In this document: positions 13,811 through 23,213 of the stretch, in pieces
Numbering within the stretch: the first letter of the stretch is position 1
Layout: each line of letters starts with the position of its first letter
Assembly (NCBI GenBank): GCA_000146465.1
Contig: CP001946.1
Strand: one strand, 5' to 3'
Length of the DNA stretch: 64,000 bases
Notes under the pieces: model-generated
Database searches by the model: none
Seen by the model: only the letters and a program-made list of their open reading frames with translations
What the model was told of the DNA's origin: nothing
Program-made: the position numbers and the translations under genes

Positions 13811-14173
13811 ATGAAACAAACATCAATCTATAAACCTAGTTGTGTGTTTTTGTTCAATTCAGGAATGAATGTCGGTTTACGCAGTTTGTACTTCATTTTC
13901 ATTTCGATGGCATTCATGCTAATGAAATGCAGATGTATTCATCACAGTCACAGTTACGGCCACAGCATGCATAATAGAAGGTGGCATCACAGAGACCTAA
14001 GAGGATGGAGACATCCTGTGGTCGAAAGGAATGCTTATGCGTATAGAAGACGAACACCGGCGTACAATGGTAGAGAGATGATAACATTAGAGGAACTAAG
14101 GAAGCCTAATGTTCCAATAATTGTTCCTTATGAAGTAACCCCCAAGCAGGTACTGACCCTTCTAAGACATTAA
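13811..14173 (+). CDS. Small His/Arg-rich hypothetical ORF of 120 aa, possibly not a real gene.
   Basis: The ORF exists only in the track. It has a hydrophobic N-terminus followed by HHSHSYGHSMHNRRWHHRDLRGWRHP. No homolog was recognised. Confidence 0.2.
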   Translation: MKQTSIYKPSCVFLFNSGMNVGLRSLYFIFISMAFMLMKCRCIHHSHSYGHSMHNRRWHHRDLRGWRHPVVERNAYAYRRRTPAYNGREMITLEELRKPNVPIIVPYEVTPKQVLTLLRH

Positions 14174-14601
14174 AAAGGCTTATCTTTGAAAATGTAATTT
14201 ATAAAATGAATCCTATTAAATAGGGAAAATTTATTGGAAGCTATTGTTAGCTTTGCTTGGATATATAATAATAAATCCCTGATCCTTCAGATGTTCCATC
14301 ATGAGAATGTCTTCTTCATTCAACAGTTTTTTCTCCAGTCTTTCCCCTTCTAGGAGACTCTTAGATCTCGTATTAGCTAGGACATTCATCATGCATAAAT
14401 TTATAGAGAGAATATAACGGACTATTCTCATTTACTTCTCTGAGCGGAGACATTTTAAACGATTCAACAACTTAAACTGTTTCAGGTTTTATTACCAAGA
14501 CCAAGGGAAGATTTTGAAGACAATATTATTTTGTTTTATAGTGAAGGATTGACATGTCCAATAGCCTTCAGGCTTACGAGCGAAAGATCATATGGGTTTA
14601 T

Positions 14602-15267
14602 TCATAAAGATTCCTTCTTATTATTATAGCTAATCATTGCTTCCAACCATTTAAAAGCTCGTGCAAGAGGTCCGGTTATGCTATTAGCACTTCCGCTTGT
14701 TATAGTAACGTAGAAAATCTTTACAACCTGTCCCTTTTCCGGGTCCTCCTGATCTTCGATTCCAGTCTCCTGAGCAAGCCAGGATTTCCATTGGTAATCA
14801 GCCTCGGCAGTTTCCGGCGTATGTCCCTCAAGATCGATCTTATTCATAAGTACAACTATTGGTGCCTTTTTTTCCAGAGCTCTTACAGTCTCATATGCTT
14901 CTTTTACTTCTAAAAATCTTTCTACATCATGAACATCAACTATAAACACAATTCCGTGGCAATCATAAAAGTAATCTCTCCATGCAAGTCTTGCTGCTGT
15001 ATGCCCTCCAAGATCAATAACCTGTGCCTTCAAATTTCCTATCTCTATATAGGAAGTGCTGGGATGATGAGTAGGCATATAGACATCTGTTGAATCACTT
15101 TTCAATTTGTTCACCAAGGTGGTCTTCCCTGCATTGTCTATACCAAGGAAGAGAATCGAAGAAGGCTTTCCAAAGAGAGATTTGATGAAATTTTGAAATA
15201 CCTTTTCGTAGAACTCAGTAAGCTTGAATTTCACAAGCTCAAGATACCCCTGTATGTTACTAAACAT
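14602..15267 (-). CDS. SAR1: Sar1 small GTPase (COPII). The start was taken at the internal Met; the track ORF extends to 15369.
   Basis: LFLGIDNAGKTTL (P-loop) and DLGGH..AR (the Sar1-specific His in the G3 box) are present, as is NKID. An amphipathic N-terminal MFSNIQGYLELVKF is typical of Sar1. A CCCC run lies ~20 nt upstream of this ATG. Confidence 0.85.
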   Translation of the reverse strand: MFSNIQGYLELVKFKLTEFYEKVFQNFIKSLFGKPSSILFLGIDNAGKTTLVNKLKSDSTDVYMPTHHPSTSYIEIGNLKAQVIDLGGHTAARLAWRDYFYDCHGIVFIVDVHDVERFLEVKEAYETVRALEKKAPIVVLMNKIDLEGHTPETAEADYQWKSWLAQETGIEDQEDPEKGQVVKIFYVTITSGSANSITGPLARAFKWLEAMISYNNKKESL

Positions 15268-15403
15268 TGTTGTTTTGTTTTTTTCCGGGGTTTGTTTTTT
15301 CGAATTTATATTCTTCAGTCTTAAAACCGCACAGGCCCTCCCATCTATAGAGACCCTATTCCTCTGCATTCCTGGAAATACAAATCCCCCATACTTTGTT
15401 CTT

Positions 15404-15865
15404 TTACTTCCTCACGGAATTCTTCTTATATAAGAAATCTAAGCTTTCAGAAAGTGGATTGTGAAGTATTTCTTTATCGATGTCCATGAAATATGTCATG
15501 AAAAACAAGGCATCACATCCTTTCAAATATCTTTCCAGTTCCTTGAGCACTGGCACTCCGGCTCCTCCATCGATGCTAGGGTCAAAGTCGATCTCTATGC
15601 AAAACACCTTCTGCCTAACTACTATGTTCACAGATCCGTAGAACTTGAGGTAGAATCCCCTGAATTGAAAGAATAGCCCATTTGGAGTCATATGCCAAGA
15701 AACCAAGTCCAGCCCGGCTAATTTTATTAAGAGTTGCCTTAAAGAAAATGGGGATATATACACTCTGTTCAATCTTATGTATCCATCGATCTCAAACACG
15801 GTCAATACGTCTTCTAGCCTAGGATTCTTAAGAAGACTATTTATCTTGTGAAGAATTCCTTCCAT
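15404..15865 (-). CDS. Hypothetical protein of 153 aa. It may be a longin/TRAPP-like small trafficking subunit, but this is a guess.
   Basis: It is an intact ORF with CCC at -4..-6. I found no confident motif. Adjacency to Sar1 is only suggestive. Confidence 0.4.
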   Translation of the reverse strand: MEGILHKINSLLKNPRLEDVLTVFEIDGYIRLNRVYISPFSLRQLLIKLAGLDLVSWHMTPNGLFFQFRGFYLKFYGSVNIVVRQKVFCIEIDFDPSIDGGAGVPVLKELERYLKGCDALFFMTYFMDIDKEILHNPLSESLDFLYKKNSVRK

Positions 15866-16044
15866 TCAGGGTCCATCACAAGAGAAAACATTAACTCTGG
15901 ACAGGGATTATTTCATCTTTAAAAGGTATTCAAATTCTTTCTATTGGATAAAGTCAATTTGTTCTCCATTAGAAGTCTATATAACGTTGAAACATCCGGT
16001 TTTGCTTTAACTACAACATAAAAGAAAATTGTTCGGATCGACTT

Positions 16045-17016
16045 ATGAAGCCATTCCTAATAATTCTTTCTCTGATAAATATTACAAGTACCGAAACCAA
16101 ATCCAGAGCCCATTCCTTACGCCACAAAAGGTACAATAATAATCATCTGTCACAAAATCACCTCCATCGGAACCACGACTTTTCTCACTCAACCCATAAT
16201 AAGCCCCTCAGTGGAATAGGAATATCTGGAATAAGGAGAATCTCCCCAGTTTACTTACCCGGGTATACAAGTCCATTAGTAGCCGATGTGGGTGGAGATT
16301 CTGGAGAGAGTGGGGTTATATTGGCCCCAAGTGCTAGCAACGGTTCTATAAAAGAGAATGTAGGAATATATGTTTCTCCGTCCCCCAATGGACAAGATAC
16401 AAACACCAAAGAAAGGCTGGTTTCTCTGCATCATCTAATACATCATGCACAGGGAGAAGCACTAAAGGCAAAAGCCATGAGCTCCGCTGCAAAGCTCGAG
16501 GCCAGTCAATTAATTGCCTTGAAGCAAGAATTAAATGCAAAGATAATGGCTAATAAAGCCGAGATGCTACGGGAAGAAGAAGAAAGACTTGTCTCTCAAA
16601 GATCGGCAGATCCCTTGGTCTTAGTAAAAGACACCGTTCCGATTGCAAATGTGGCAAACAACAACTTGAGTTTTGAACATCATAATGAACTTTTATCTCA
16701 GAAGCTTAATATGATAAAGAAGGATCAGGATGATGCAGTAAAGAAGGCAGAAAAACTTGCAAGGTTGCACAAGGCAAGAACAGAAATTCTCCCAGACAGC
16801 CTTGTTTCTTCCGACCCCGATCAATTTAAAGAATTTGTCGCGGCTGGTCCTGTACAAGATTTAACCTTTGAAATCCCGGTCGATCCATCGGTTGGAAATT
16901 ACTATATTTCTGGAAATCCCGAAGGGAGCCTTTCTTCTGAGGGGATGAACTTAACCCAAGGAGATTTGCCCTATTTTGTTGCGCATCAAGAAGGCTCGGC
17001 TTATAGTTCTTCCTAG
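16045..17016 (+). CDS. Predicted secreted protein of 323 aa with a signal peptide and a coiled-coil-rich middle. A microsporidian spore-wall, polar-tube or host-exposed protein is one possibility.
   Basis: The N-terminus MKPFLIILSLINITSTETKS looks like a cleavable signal peptide. A His-rich stretch and Ala/Lys/Glu coiled-coil segments follow. No homolog was recognised. Confidence 0.55.
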   Translation: MKPFLIILSLINITSTETKSRAHSLRHKRYNNNHLSQNHLHRNHDFSHSTHNKPLSGIGISGIRRISPVYLPGYTSPLVADVGGDSGESGVILAPSASNGSIKENVGIYVSPSPNGQDTNTKERLVSLHHLIHHAQGEALKAKAMSSAAKLEASQLIALKQELNAKIMANKAEMLREEEERLVSQRSADPLVLVKDTVPIANVANNNLSFEHHNELLSQKLNMIKKDQDDAVKKAEKLARLHKARTEILPDSLVSSDPDQFKEFVAAGPVQDLTFEIPVDPSVGNYYISGNPEGSLSSEGMNLTQGDLPYFVAHQEGSAYSSS

Positions 17017-17549
17017 TTTATAAAAAAGAAGGCATCTCTAGCTTAGGTTCAAACTAATTAAAAGTCGATTCTTGTAATCTATAGCTACATAAGTTGTGGA
17101 TATTAAAATCTAAGAGACCAAAAGCTAATTTATTACAAGAGGGTCTAGTCACTACTGCTATCACAGGACTCTTCGATATTATTAGATAGGAAACTAGACC
17201 ATGATTTGTGGGTAGGAATCCAATTTTTGTAGAGCCTGGCCTCTAAAGAGTTCTGAGACTCCCTCAGACCATATCCTAGTGAATTCTGGCGAGCCACAAC
17301 CATTCTCAAAGTCAAGTAGACAAGTTGCATCTTTCTTTTCATGTATTAGAATGTTGAGCAGTTATCCATAATTTTTTTATTCATCTGTCGATTCAAAACA
17401 GTTTTATGGAGAGTCAGATCAACGAAAAGTTATTGGTACGGTTAGCCGTTGATTAGGCACGGGTACATCTTTTAGTTACATTAACATCTCCGAATCTGTC
17501 TTGTTGAATTTCTATTTTGATATTCTCAGTCTAATGGATTATTAGAAGA

Positions 17550-19511
17550 ATGGTTGGAGACCCTTTCAAAGTGATGGACAGGACAAAAGGAATTCTGAAG
17601 GTGGAAAACGTGGAAATTACAATGGAGGGGCAGGTAATATGTAGGAACCAAAAAATAGAAGCTGTGGGTGTTTATGGGATTTCTGGACTTTACAATGCCC
17701 TTCGAGATGCTCTGATGGCTTCACTGACTATTCCTGTCATTTCTGACACTAGTCTAAGGTTTTATGGGAACATTTCCTTCGATGGTAGTCCTATAAGCTA
17801 CAAGGAACTTCGGAAGATGATGAACCTGTTTACCATGTTTTATTCTTGCGAGAGTGTCCAAAGTTCACTTGAATTTGTAAATTTTTCTAAGGTTAAGGAT
17901 GTGATGAGTGCTTTTGAATTGGAAGCTATAAATAGTTGTGAGCTCTCAAAGTTAGGGATTTCGGAGTCTAGAAGATGGGAAGCAGCGGTCAATGTTGCTT
18001 CGGGGTCGAAGGTGGTTGTTCTTCGAAATTTCCATTCTCCTTACAAGAATGTAAGAAAGTATCTGTCGTTTCTTGTTGAACATGCAAGAAACAACGGGTC
18101 TGTAATCTTTGTGGAGGATGACTTTCCCTTGGAACACGGTCTGAATGGATGTGTTATCATAAAAAAAGACGGCTTTGAATGCGTGAATTTCTCTATAGAA
18201 AAAGAATTCTACAGATACAAAAGAGTGTTACTTGAGATCTTTCTGAAGGAGCTTGAAGTAAAGCAGAATGATGAGAAAGATGCAAAGGAATCCAATTCAT
18301 CGGCATCCATAAACGAGAGTTCCGATGGCTCTTGGGATATGGCCGGACCGTTGGGGAAACCGGTAGGGTTTTCCGCTTTTAGAGGAAATGCTTTGAATTC
18401 AGATAAATATATTGAAGACTCAGAGATAGATTTCCATGGAAACTTCACAGATCCTAGAATAGTAATATTTGATGATGCAGTAGTCTACAAGCTTAAAGAC
18501 CCCCAACTCTCTTCCAATTCAGAACAAAAGATCTCGGATGTCTCCAAGACATACGATCGTGGAAATAGCTGTTGCTGGATACGTAGGATAGAAGAACTAT
18601 TTACAAAGTGGTTTTTTTCGGTAGACATCAGGCTTTCTCTGCTCTTGACAAGACGAAAGTGTTTTCTTGAGGAAAAAAAGACTAAAGACTTCAGGAAATT
18701 CATAGTCTCATTTCTGATGCAAGTGTATTTGGCAATAATTTTGAAGTTCAAGGGATCCATATTCAATGATACAACCATATTCTCGATGCTTAGTACTTTT
18801 CTAAACCCACTGGAAGTATCTAAAAGATGGGAAACTTCTGTCGAAGATCTTATCAAAAGAATACTTTCAACGCCTATCTCTACCATGGTGCGATGCTTTG
18901 TAGATTTTCCTGGTGTCTGTTTTTCACTTATGGGGTCTACATTCAGAAATACCGGTAAGTTTATTGGGCAGATAAGATCATATAATTGGGATCTGGTGGA
19001 TTACAAAATAATATCAACAGGAGTGTATTTTCTGGTTTTTACAAGAGGAGGAACCATGGTTAACGAGGAAAGATTCCAGAACTATAGCCGTAGAAATAGA
19101 ATTTACTCGCCAGGAACATACTTCTTTCATATATTTATTTATTTATTTCTCAAGGCATGGATTCCGGTCCTCCTGATTTCATATATTCTTAATTTCAATT
19201 TTGTCCCTGTTTTTCTCGTAACAGCCACTTTTACCTGTGCTCTTTTGAATTTGGTCTTAAACTTAAAGCTCAAATACATGCTCATGTGCATAGCTCTTGC
19301 ATTCAACTTACTGTATCCTCTTGATGGAGAGCACTTTCAAAAAAGCTTTTTTCTTAGATCTTCCGAGTCGTTTAATCTTCTGGTTGCATGCAGGCAATTC
19401 CCATTGGCATCGTCTCCAAGAGAAAAGCTGATACTTTTGGGCTGTTTACTACGAGGATTTCTGTTTATATATTTCTTCTTCTGCTACATATTTGCCAAAA
19501 TCAATACTTAA
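17550..19511 (+). CDS. Hypothetical protein of 653 aa with a soluble N-terminal part and a C-terminal cluster of transmembrane helices.
   Basis: It is a long intact ORF. The C-terminal ~150 aa are strongly hydrophobic (IFIYLFLKAWIPVLLISYILNF..., LVLNLKLKYMLMCIALAFNLLY). No catalytic motif was recognised. Confidence 0.5.
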   Translation: MVGDPFKVMDRTKGILKVENVEITMEGQVICRNQKIEAVGVYGISGLYNALRDALMASLTIPVISDTSLRFYGNISFDGSPISYKELRKMMNLFTMFYSCESVQSSLEFVNFSKVKDVMSAFELEAINSCELSKLGISESRRWEAAVNVASGSKVVVLRNFHSPYKNVRKYLSFLVEHARNNGSVIFVEDDFPLEHGLNGCVIIKKDGFECVNFSIEKEFYRYKRVLLEIFLKELEVKQNDEKDAKESNSSASINESSDGSWDMAGPLGKPVGFSAFRGNALNSDKYIEDSEIDFHGNFTDPRIVIFDDAVVYKLKDPQLSSNSEQKISDVSKTYDRGNSCCWIRRIEELFTKWFFSVDIRLSLLLTRRKCFLEEKKTKDFRKFIVSFLMQVYLAIILKFKGSIFNDTTIFSMLSTFLNPLEVSKRWETSVEDLIKRILSTPISTMVRCFVDFPGVCFSLMGSTFRNTGKFIGQIRSYNWDLVDYKIISTGVYFLVFTRGGTMVNEERFQNYSRRNRIYSPGTYFFHIFIYLFLKAWIPVLLISYILNFNFVPVFLVTATFTCALLNLVLNLKLKYMLMCIALAFNLLYPLDGEHFQKSFFLRSSESFNLLVACRQFPLASSPREKLILLGCLLRGFLFIYFFFCYIFAKINT

Positions 19512-19792
19512 AACTAGACATGTGTTGAGAAGATTATTCCGAAAAATCAATTAGAAGAGATTGATTTTATTATTAAGTGCCCAATCTATATCTCATTTCG
19601 CCAATAAATTATTTAGGATGTAAATAAATGGCCGTTGGGAAGACCAATTTTCCTTGATTACTTTTTGGAAAAGGCAATAAGCTTCTTCTCTGTAATAAGG
19701 AGAACCTGAAAGCAAATTTGTCTACAGAAAATTTCCAAAAATGGTATATTTACATATAAAACTATAAATAACTTGAAAAAGATAAACCCATT

Positions 19793-20770
19793 ATGAACAA
19801 GAAGAGTTTTTTGAGGATATTTATCATTACAATTCTTGCTTTGGGCATAACTCTTCTAGCCTTTTTCCTTCTTAGAGAAAAGCCTCTAGGATACCTCACT
19901 GAGGAAGACGTTCAATCACTTTCAAGTGAACTTCAATTTAGATTCAAAGATTCTGGGAAAAACGAGGATGGAAATGAGGTTACCGACGTTAAATTCTTTG
20001 TCTGCCTGAATAGCATCCTAAAGTTGTTTAATTCTGTAGAAATCAGTCTTATTAACACCTTCTTGTCCTATGGAGAAAAAAGTAGTAAAGGGGAGAAGAA
20101 AGAGGAGGAGGACTACAACCATAAAGGATTATATGTAAAGAGTGCATTACAAGAGGCTAGAAATATAATGTTCCTGTCCCCAACCTCGAAGGAGGCTATA
20201 GTCGAAATTTTGCAGAAGGAAAATGAAAAGAAGAAAGAGAGCGAGCTTTTAGATACTGTCAGAAAAGCATTTTCCGAGGTTCAATTATCACCGGAGGAAG
20301 ATGACGACTCTTCTAGGCAAAAGAAGGAGGAGCTCAATAAGGTGTTGGCCAACCTCTTTATTTGGTTCTGGTTGAAGGGAACCCCTCCAGCGGACAAAAG
20401 AATTAATACCTTCAAAGGGGCTTACGAAAGCAATCAAGATATTAAGAAATATCTTCTGGAATATCTAGACGAGGAAAACAAGGAGGTTGCAAACGCAACA
20501 ATATCCGTTAGTGGAGAAAACGAAGTAATACCCGTAATTGATCATATACTACTTTCTATATTCAATGCTTCAATATACATGGGTCTTGGAATAAGTCCAA
20601 CCGACATACCTGCAGCAACAGCTATTTTAGCAGCTGGAGGAATTCTAGAAAAGGAAGGTGAACAAATCAAAAAGGGGTTTTTCCAGGGACTTCAGGATTT
20701 CTTCTTTGGTTCACCAAAGCAGGAACAATCCCTCCAACAAAGCGAGAAACTAGAGAAAAATGATGGGTAA
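19793..20770 (+). CDS. Hypothetical signal-anchor or secreted protein, member 1 of a tandem paralog pair.
   Basis: It has an N-terminal hydrophobic helix (IFIITILALGITLLAFFLL). The motif RFKDSGKNEDGNEVTDVKFFVCLNSILKLF is shared with the downstream paralog, which has RGKFEDSGKVIEGTVFFSFLYKFLTTL. It is acidic and KE-rich with a C-terminal hydrophobic patch. Confidence 0.55.
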   Translation: MNKKSFLRIFIITILALGITLLAFFLLREKPLGYLTEEDVQSLSSELQFRFKDSGKNEDGNEVTDVKFFVCLNSILKLFNSVEISLINTFLSYGEKSSKGEKKEEEDYNHKGLYVKSALQEARNIMFLSPTSKEAIVEILQKENEKKKESELLDTVRKAFSEVQLSPEEDDDSSRQKKEELNKVLANLFIWFWLKGTPPADKRINTFKGAYESNQDIKKYLLEYLDEENKEVANATISVSGENEVIPVIDHILLSIFNASIYMGLGISPTDIPAATAILAAGGILEKEGEQIKKGFFQGLQDFFFGSPKQEQSLQQSEKLEKNDG

Positions 20771-21103
20771 AAAACACCTACAACAATCAGCATCTTTGAG
20801 ACCAAAAATAAATTTTTCATTTTGATTCAGTTTTCTAACAACCTAGGAAGATCGGATAGAAGGAGTCATAAAGGTGAACTGAACTTCTTAATTGGCAGGC
20901 ATTTTTCGTTTATCCTAAGTCCCTTGAAAGAATATCGCAAAAACAGGCATGAGACAGATGGTTTTCCGTGCCAAAAACACAACATCCTGGATTTGTGGTT
21001 CCTGTAAAGGTAGGATATACACCTTAAGTTTATAGTATCAGACTGATATTCCCCTTAAGGAATATTCTGGAATATAAATTGCAGAAAAAATATCAACCCC
21101 GCC

Positions 21104-21847
21104 ATGAAGTCAAAAAAACTGGGCTTTTTGACTCTTATTTCTCTTGTTGTGGTAGGATTTGTGACCTGGTATGTTCTGTATAATTTATACTATCTATTTA
21201 TGAGTGATGAAATTGCAAATTCAATCTTTGATAAGTCAAAACTCAGAGGTAAGTTCGAGGACAGCGGAAAGGTCATAGAGGGAACGGTTTTCTTCAGTTT
21301 CCTATACAAGTTCTTGACAACTCTTGACGAGAAAGTTATAGGCGATTCTTGCATTGAAGATGTTTACGACAAGAGTATCCTTTCTGGGAAAGAAGATTAT
21401 TTAAGGAATGGACTTGAGATGGTAACTAGGGCTCTTTTCAAAAATAGGAACGTTGAAAAGGACTTGAAAGAAATATTGGAATCAAGTATTTCCGATATTG
21501 TTGCTCCAATCAAAAGGCATGAAGTTCAGTATGCAGAGGAGGAGGGCAAGAATAATGGTGAAGAGGACCAAAAGTATAACGAAGATGTTACTTTAATGGT
21601 GTCTAAGGCCTTTGTCTATATTCTTCTCCGGGAAAGATTAGATCACTCCATGTACAAGAAATATCTTGATAAGGTAAAGGACGACTTCAATGAAAATACA
21701 AAGGATCACTTGAAGAAAATTGGAATTAGTGAAAGAATCTATATTTTTGAAGGGGAAAGCAACGTAGGCATGGAAATATACGATTATATTCGTGTTGTAA
21801 TGTTTGCAACTAGTAAGCTCATCCCGGATTCCTTAACTAAAAACTAA
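21104..21847 (+). CDS. Hypothetical signal-anchor or secreted protein, member 2 of the tandem paralog pair.
   Basis: It has an N-terminal TM or signal sequence (LGFLTLISLVVVGFVTWYVLY). It shares the FEDSGK...FF..L motif with 19793..20770. An upstream TATA-like ataaat and CCCC at -7 are present. Confidence 0.55.
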   Translation: MKSKKLGFLTLISLVVVGFVTWYVLYNLYYLFMSDEIANSIFDKSKLRGKFEDSGKVIEGTVFFSFLYKFLTTLDEKVIGDSCIEDVYDKSILSGKEDYLRNGLEMVTRALFKNRNVEKDLKEILESSISDIVAPIKRHEVQYAEEEGKNNGEEDQKYNEDVTLMVSKAFVYILLRERLDHSMYKKYLDKVKDDFNENTKDHLKKIGISERIYIFEGESNVGMEIYDYIRVVMFATSKLIPDSLTKN

Positions 21848-21870
21848 TTAAATTATTAAGATCCATTTCT

Positions 21871-23151
21871 GTGATGTTTGATCATTTAATTAATGTTTAC
21901 TTCTCCCTTATTCTAAGAGAGATGTCAAAGGTACTAACAGAGCGTTCAGCAGCAATGACGATGGTAGCGTCTATGCTGGGTGCAAGCATATATTTCACAC
22001 CAATTGCATTTAGATTTGTTGGATACATTTACGGATGGATTATCATCTTTATAATTGCTTCGCTCACATCGTTTTCCCTGTACTGCATCTCATACTCTGC
22101 AATAAAGATCGGGAAAGGCCAGACATATTCGTCGCTGGGGGTTTATATATCTCCAAGACTTAAGCATGTCCTTGATGGGTTTGTCATTGTAAATAGCTTG
22201 TCTGCTAATGTCTGTCTTTACAGATATCTTTCCGAGCTGGTTGTGGCAGCCTTCCCCGAGCTGCTGCTTACTTCCTTTAGCTATGAAACTACCAGAAAAG
22301 GAATTGTGGCCGTTCTCTTAATTCCCTTTTTCGCTCTTTCCTCCCATAAAAACCTTTCCAGCCTCAGATACGTATCGCTTGCAATGGTTGTTTCCATTGG
22401 ATATTTTATCTTTCTTCTAATCTCCTACAATCTTTTTCTATATCCCAAGTATACCTCCTACGAGGAAACATCTTTCCCTCTCTCCAATGGATTTTCTTTT
22501 TCGATTCCCATTTTCATAACAGCAATGGCATGCCAATCGAATATGGTAAAGGTTCTGGACGAGATGGCAAGTGACTCCATGAGGAAGGTTAAGCTTGTGT
22601 CTGTGTGGAGTGGTGTCGGTGGAGGACTAATCTACGGACTGATAGGGCATCTTGGATATTCTCTCTTTGGAAACACACTCAATGGGGATTTGCTAAGGAT
22701 ACTTGCAGACAAGGGTTCTTCAATTAATATCCAATTAGCAAGTACTGTCGACAAGTATCTCATATCCTCAAGAGTAGCAGTGTATGGATGCATCTTGATA
22801 TTTATCGGAAGCTTTCCAATCCAATTGAATCCACTGATAACTACTTTATTCAACATTCTGCCCGAGGAGAGAAGAACAAACACTACCCGGATGTTTCTAA
22901 TGGCTGCCCTGATCATGCTTTGCTTTTTTCTAGTCCTGGTTGAGGATTTGTCTGCAGGACTTGTGATAAGCATAGGAGGTGCAACAGTAACAAACTTCAT
23001 ATCATTTCTCTTTCCATTTATTTTTTTCATATCAGTGAGAAAAAGATTCTCCCTCAGTACATTTCTGGCTCTAGTTTGCATTGCGGCTTGTGTTTCCAGC
23101 TCGGTCTACATGTTAGCTAATATAGTAACTGGAAGGAATAAGATCATGTAA
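21871..23151 (+). CDS. Amino acid permease (AAAP / Aa_trans-type), multi-pass membrane protein. It is paralog A.
   Basis: It has about 10-11 hydrophobic helices. The STVDKYLISSRVAVYGCILIF segment resembles STIDKYCITTKVMCILIPIV in the 27862..29139 paralog. The overall AAAP helix pattern is present. Confidence 0.65.
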   Translation: MMFDHLINVYFSLILREMSKVLTERSAAMTMVASMLGASIYFTPIAFRFVGYIYGWIIIFIIASLTSFSLYCISYSAIKIGKGQTYSSLGVYISPRLKHVLDGFVIVNSLSANVCLYRYLSELVVAAFPELLLTSFSYETTRKGIVAVLLIPFFALSSHKNLSSLRYVSLAMVVSIGYFIFLLISYNLFLYPKYTSYEETSFPLSNGFSFSIPIFITAMACQSNMVKVLDEMASDSMRKVKLVSVWSGVGGGLIYGLIGHLGYSLFGNTLNGDLLRILADKGSSINIQLASTVDKYLISSRVAVYGCILIFIGSFPIQLNPLITTLFNILPEERRTNTTRMFLMAALIMLCFFLVLVEDLSAGLVISIGGATVTNFISFLFPFIFFISVRKRFSLSTFLALVCIAACVSSSVYMLANIVTGRNKIM

Positions 23152-23213
23152 ATCCAATTTCTTAATAAATGAAATCAGATCTATTAGGAAATATATAATT
23201 ATAGACACTCTCT

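Noticed and set aside
17017-17549. A 530-bp intergenic region, the largest outside the rDNA, scanned for an ncRNA, tRNA or small gene.
   Set aside because: It contains only a weak 65-aa minus-strand ORF and no recognisable RNA-gene motif. It most likely holds the promoter and 5' region of the downstream gene, though an unannotated ncRNA cannot be excluded.
18955-18960. GTAAGT hexamers inside coding sequence (about 18955 on the plus strand; acttac at 46106-46111 for the minus strand), considered as possible additional introns.
   Set aside because: Both sit in frame within continuous ORFs whose translation is uninterrupted and matches protein-family context (the 46106 site translates …HPDWFRKGEVSQLELPS… in frame). 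There is no CTAAC branch motif or AG acceptor at a suitable distance.
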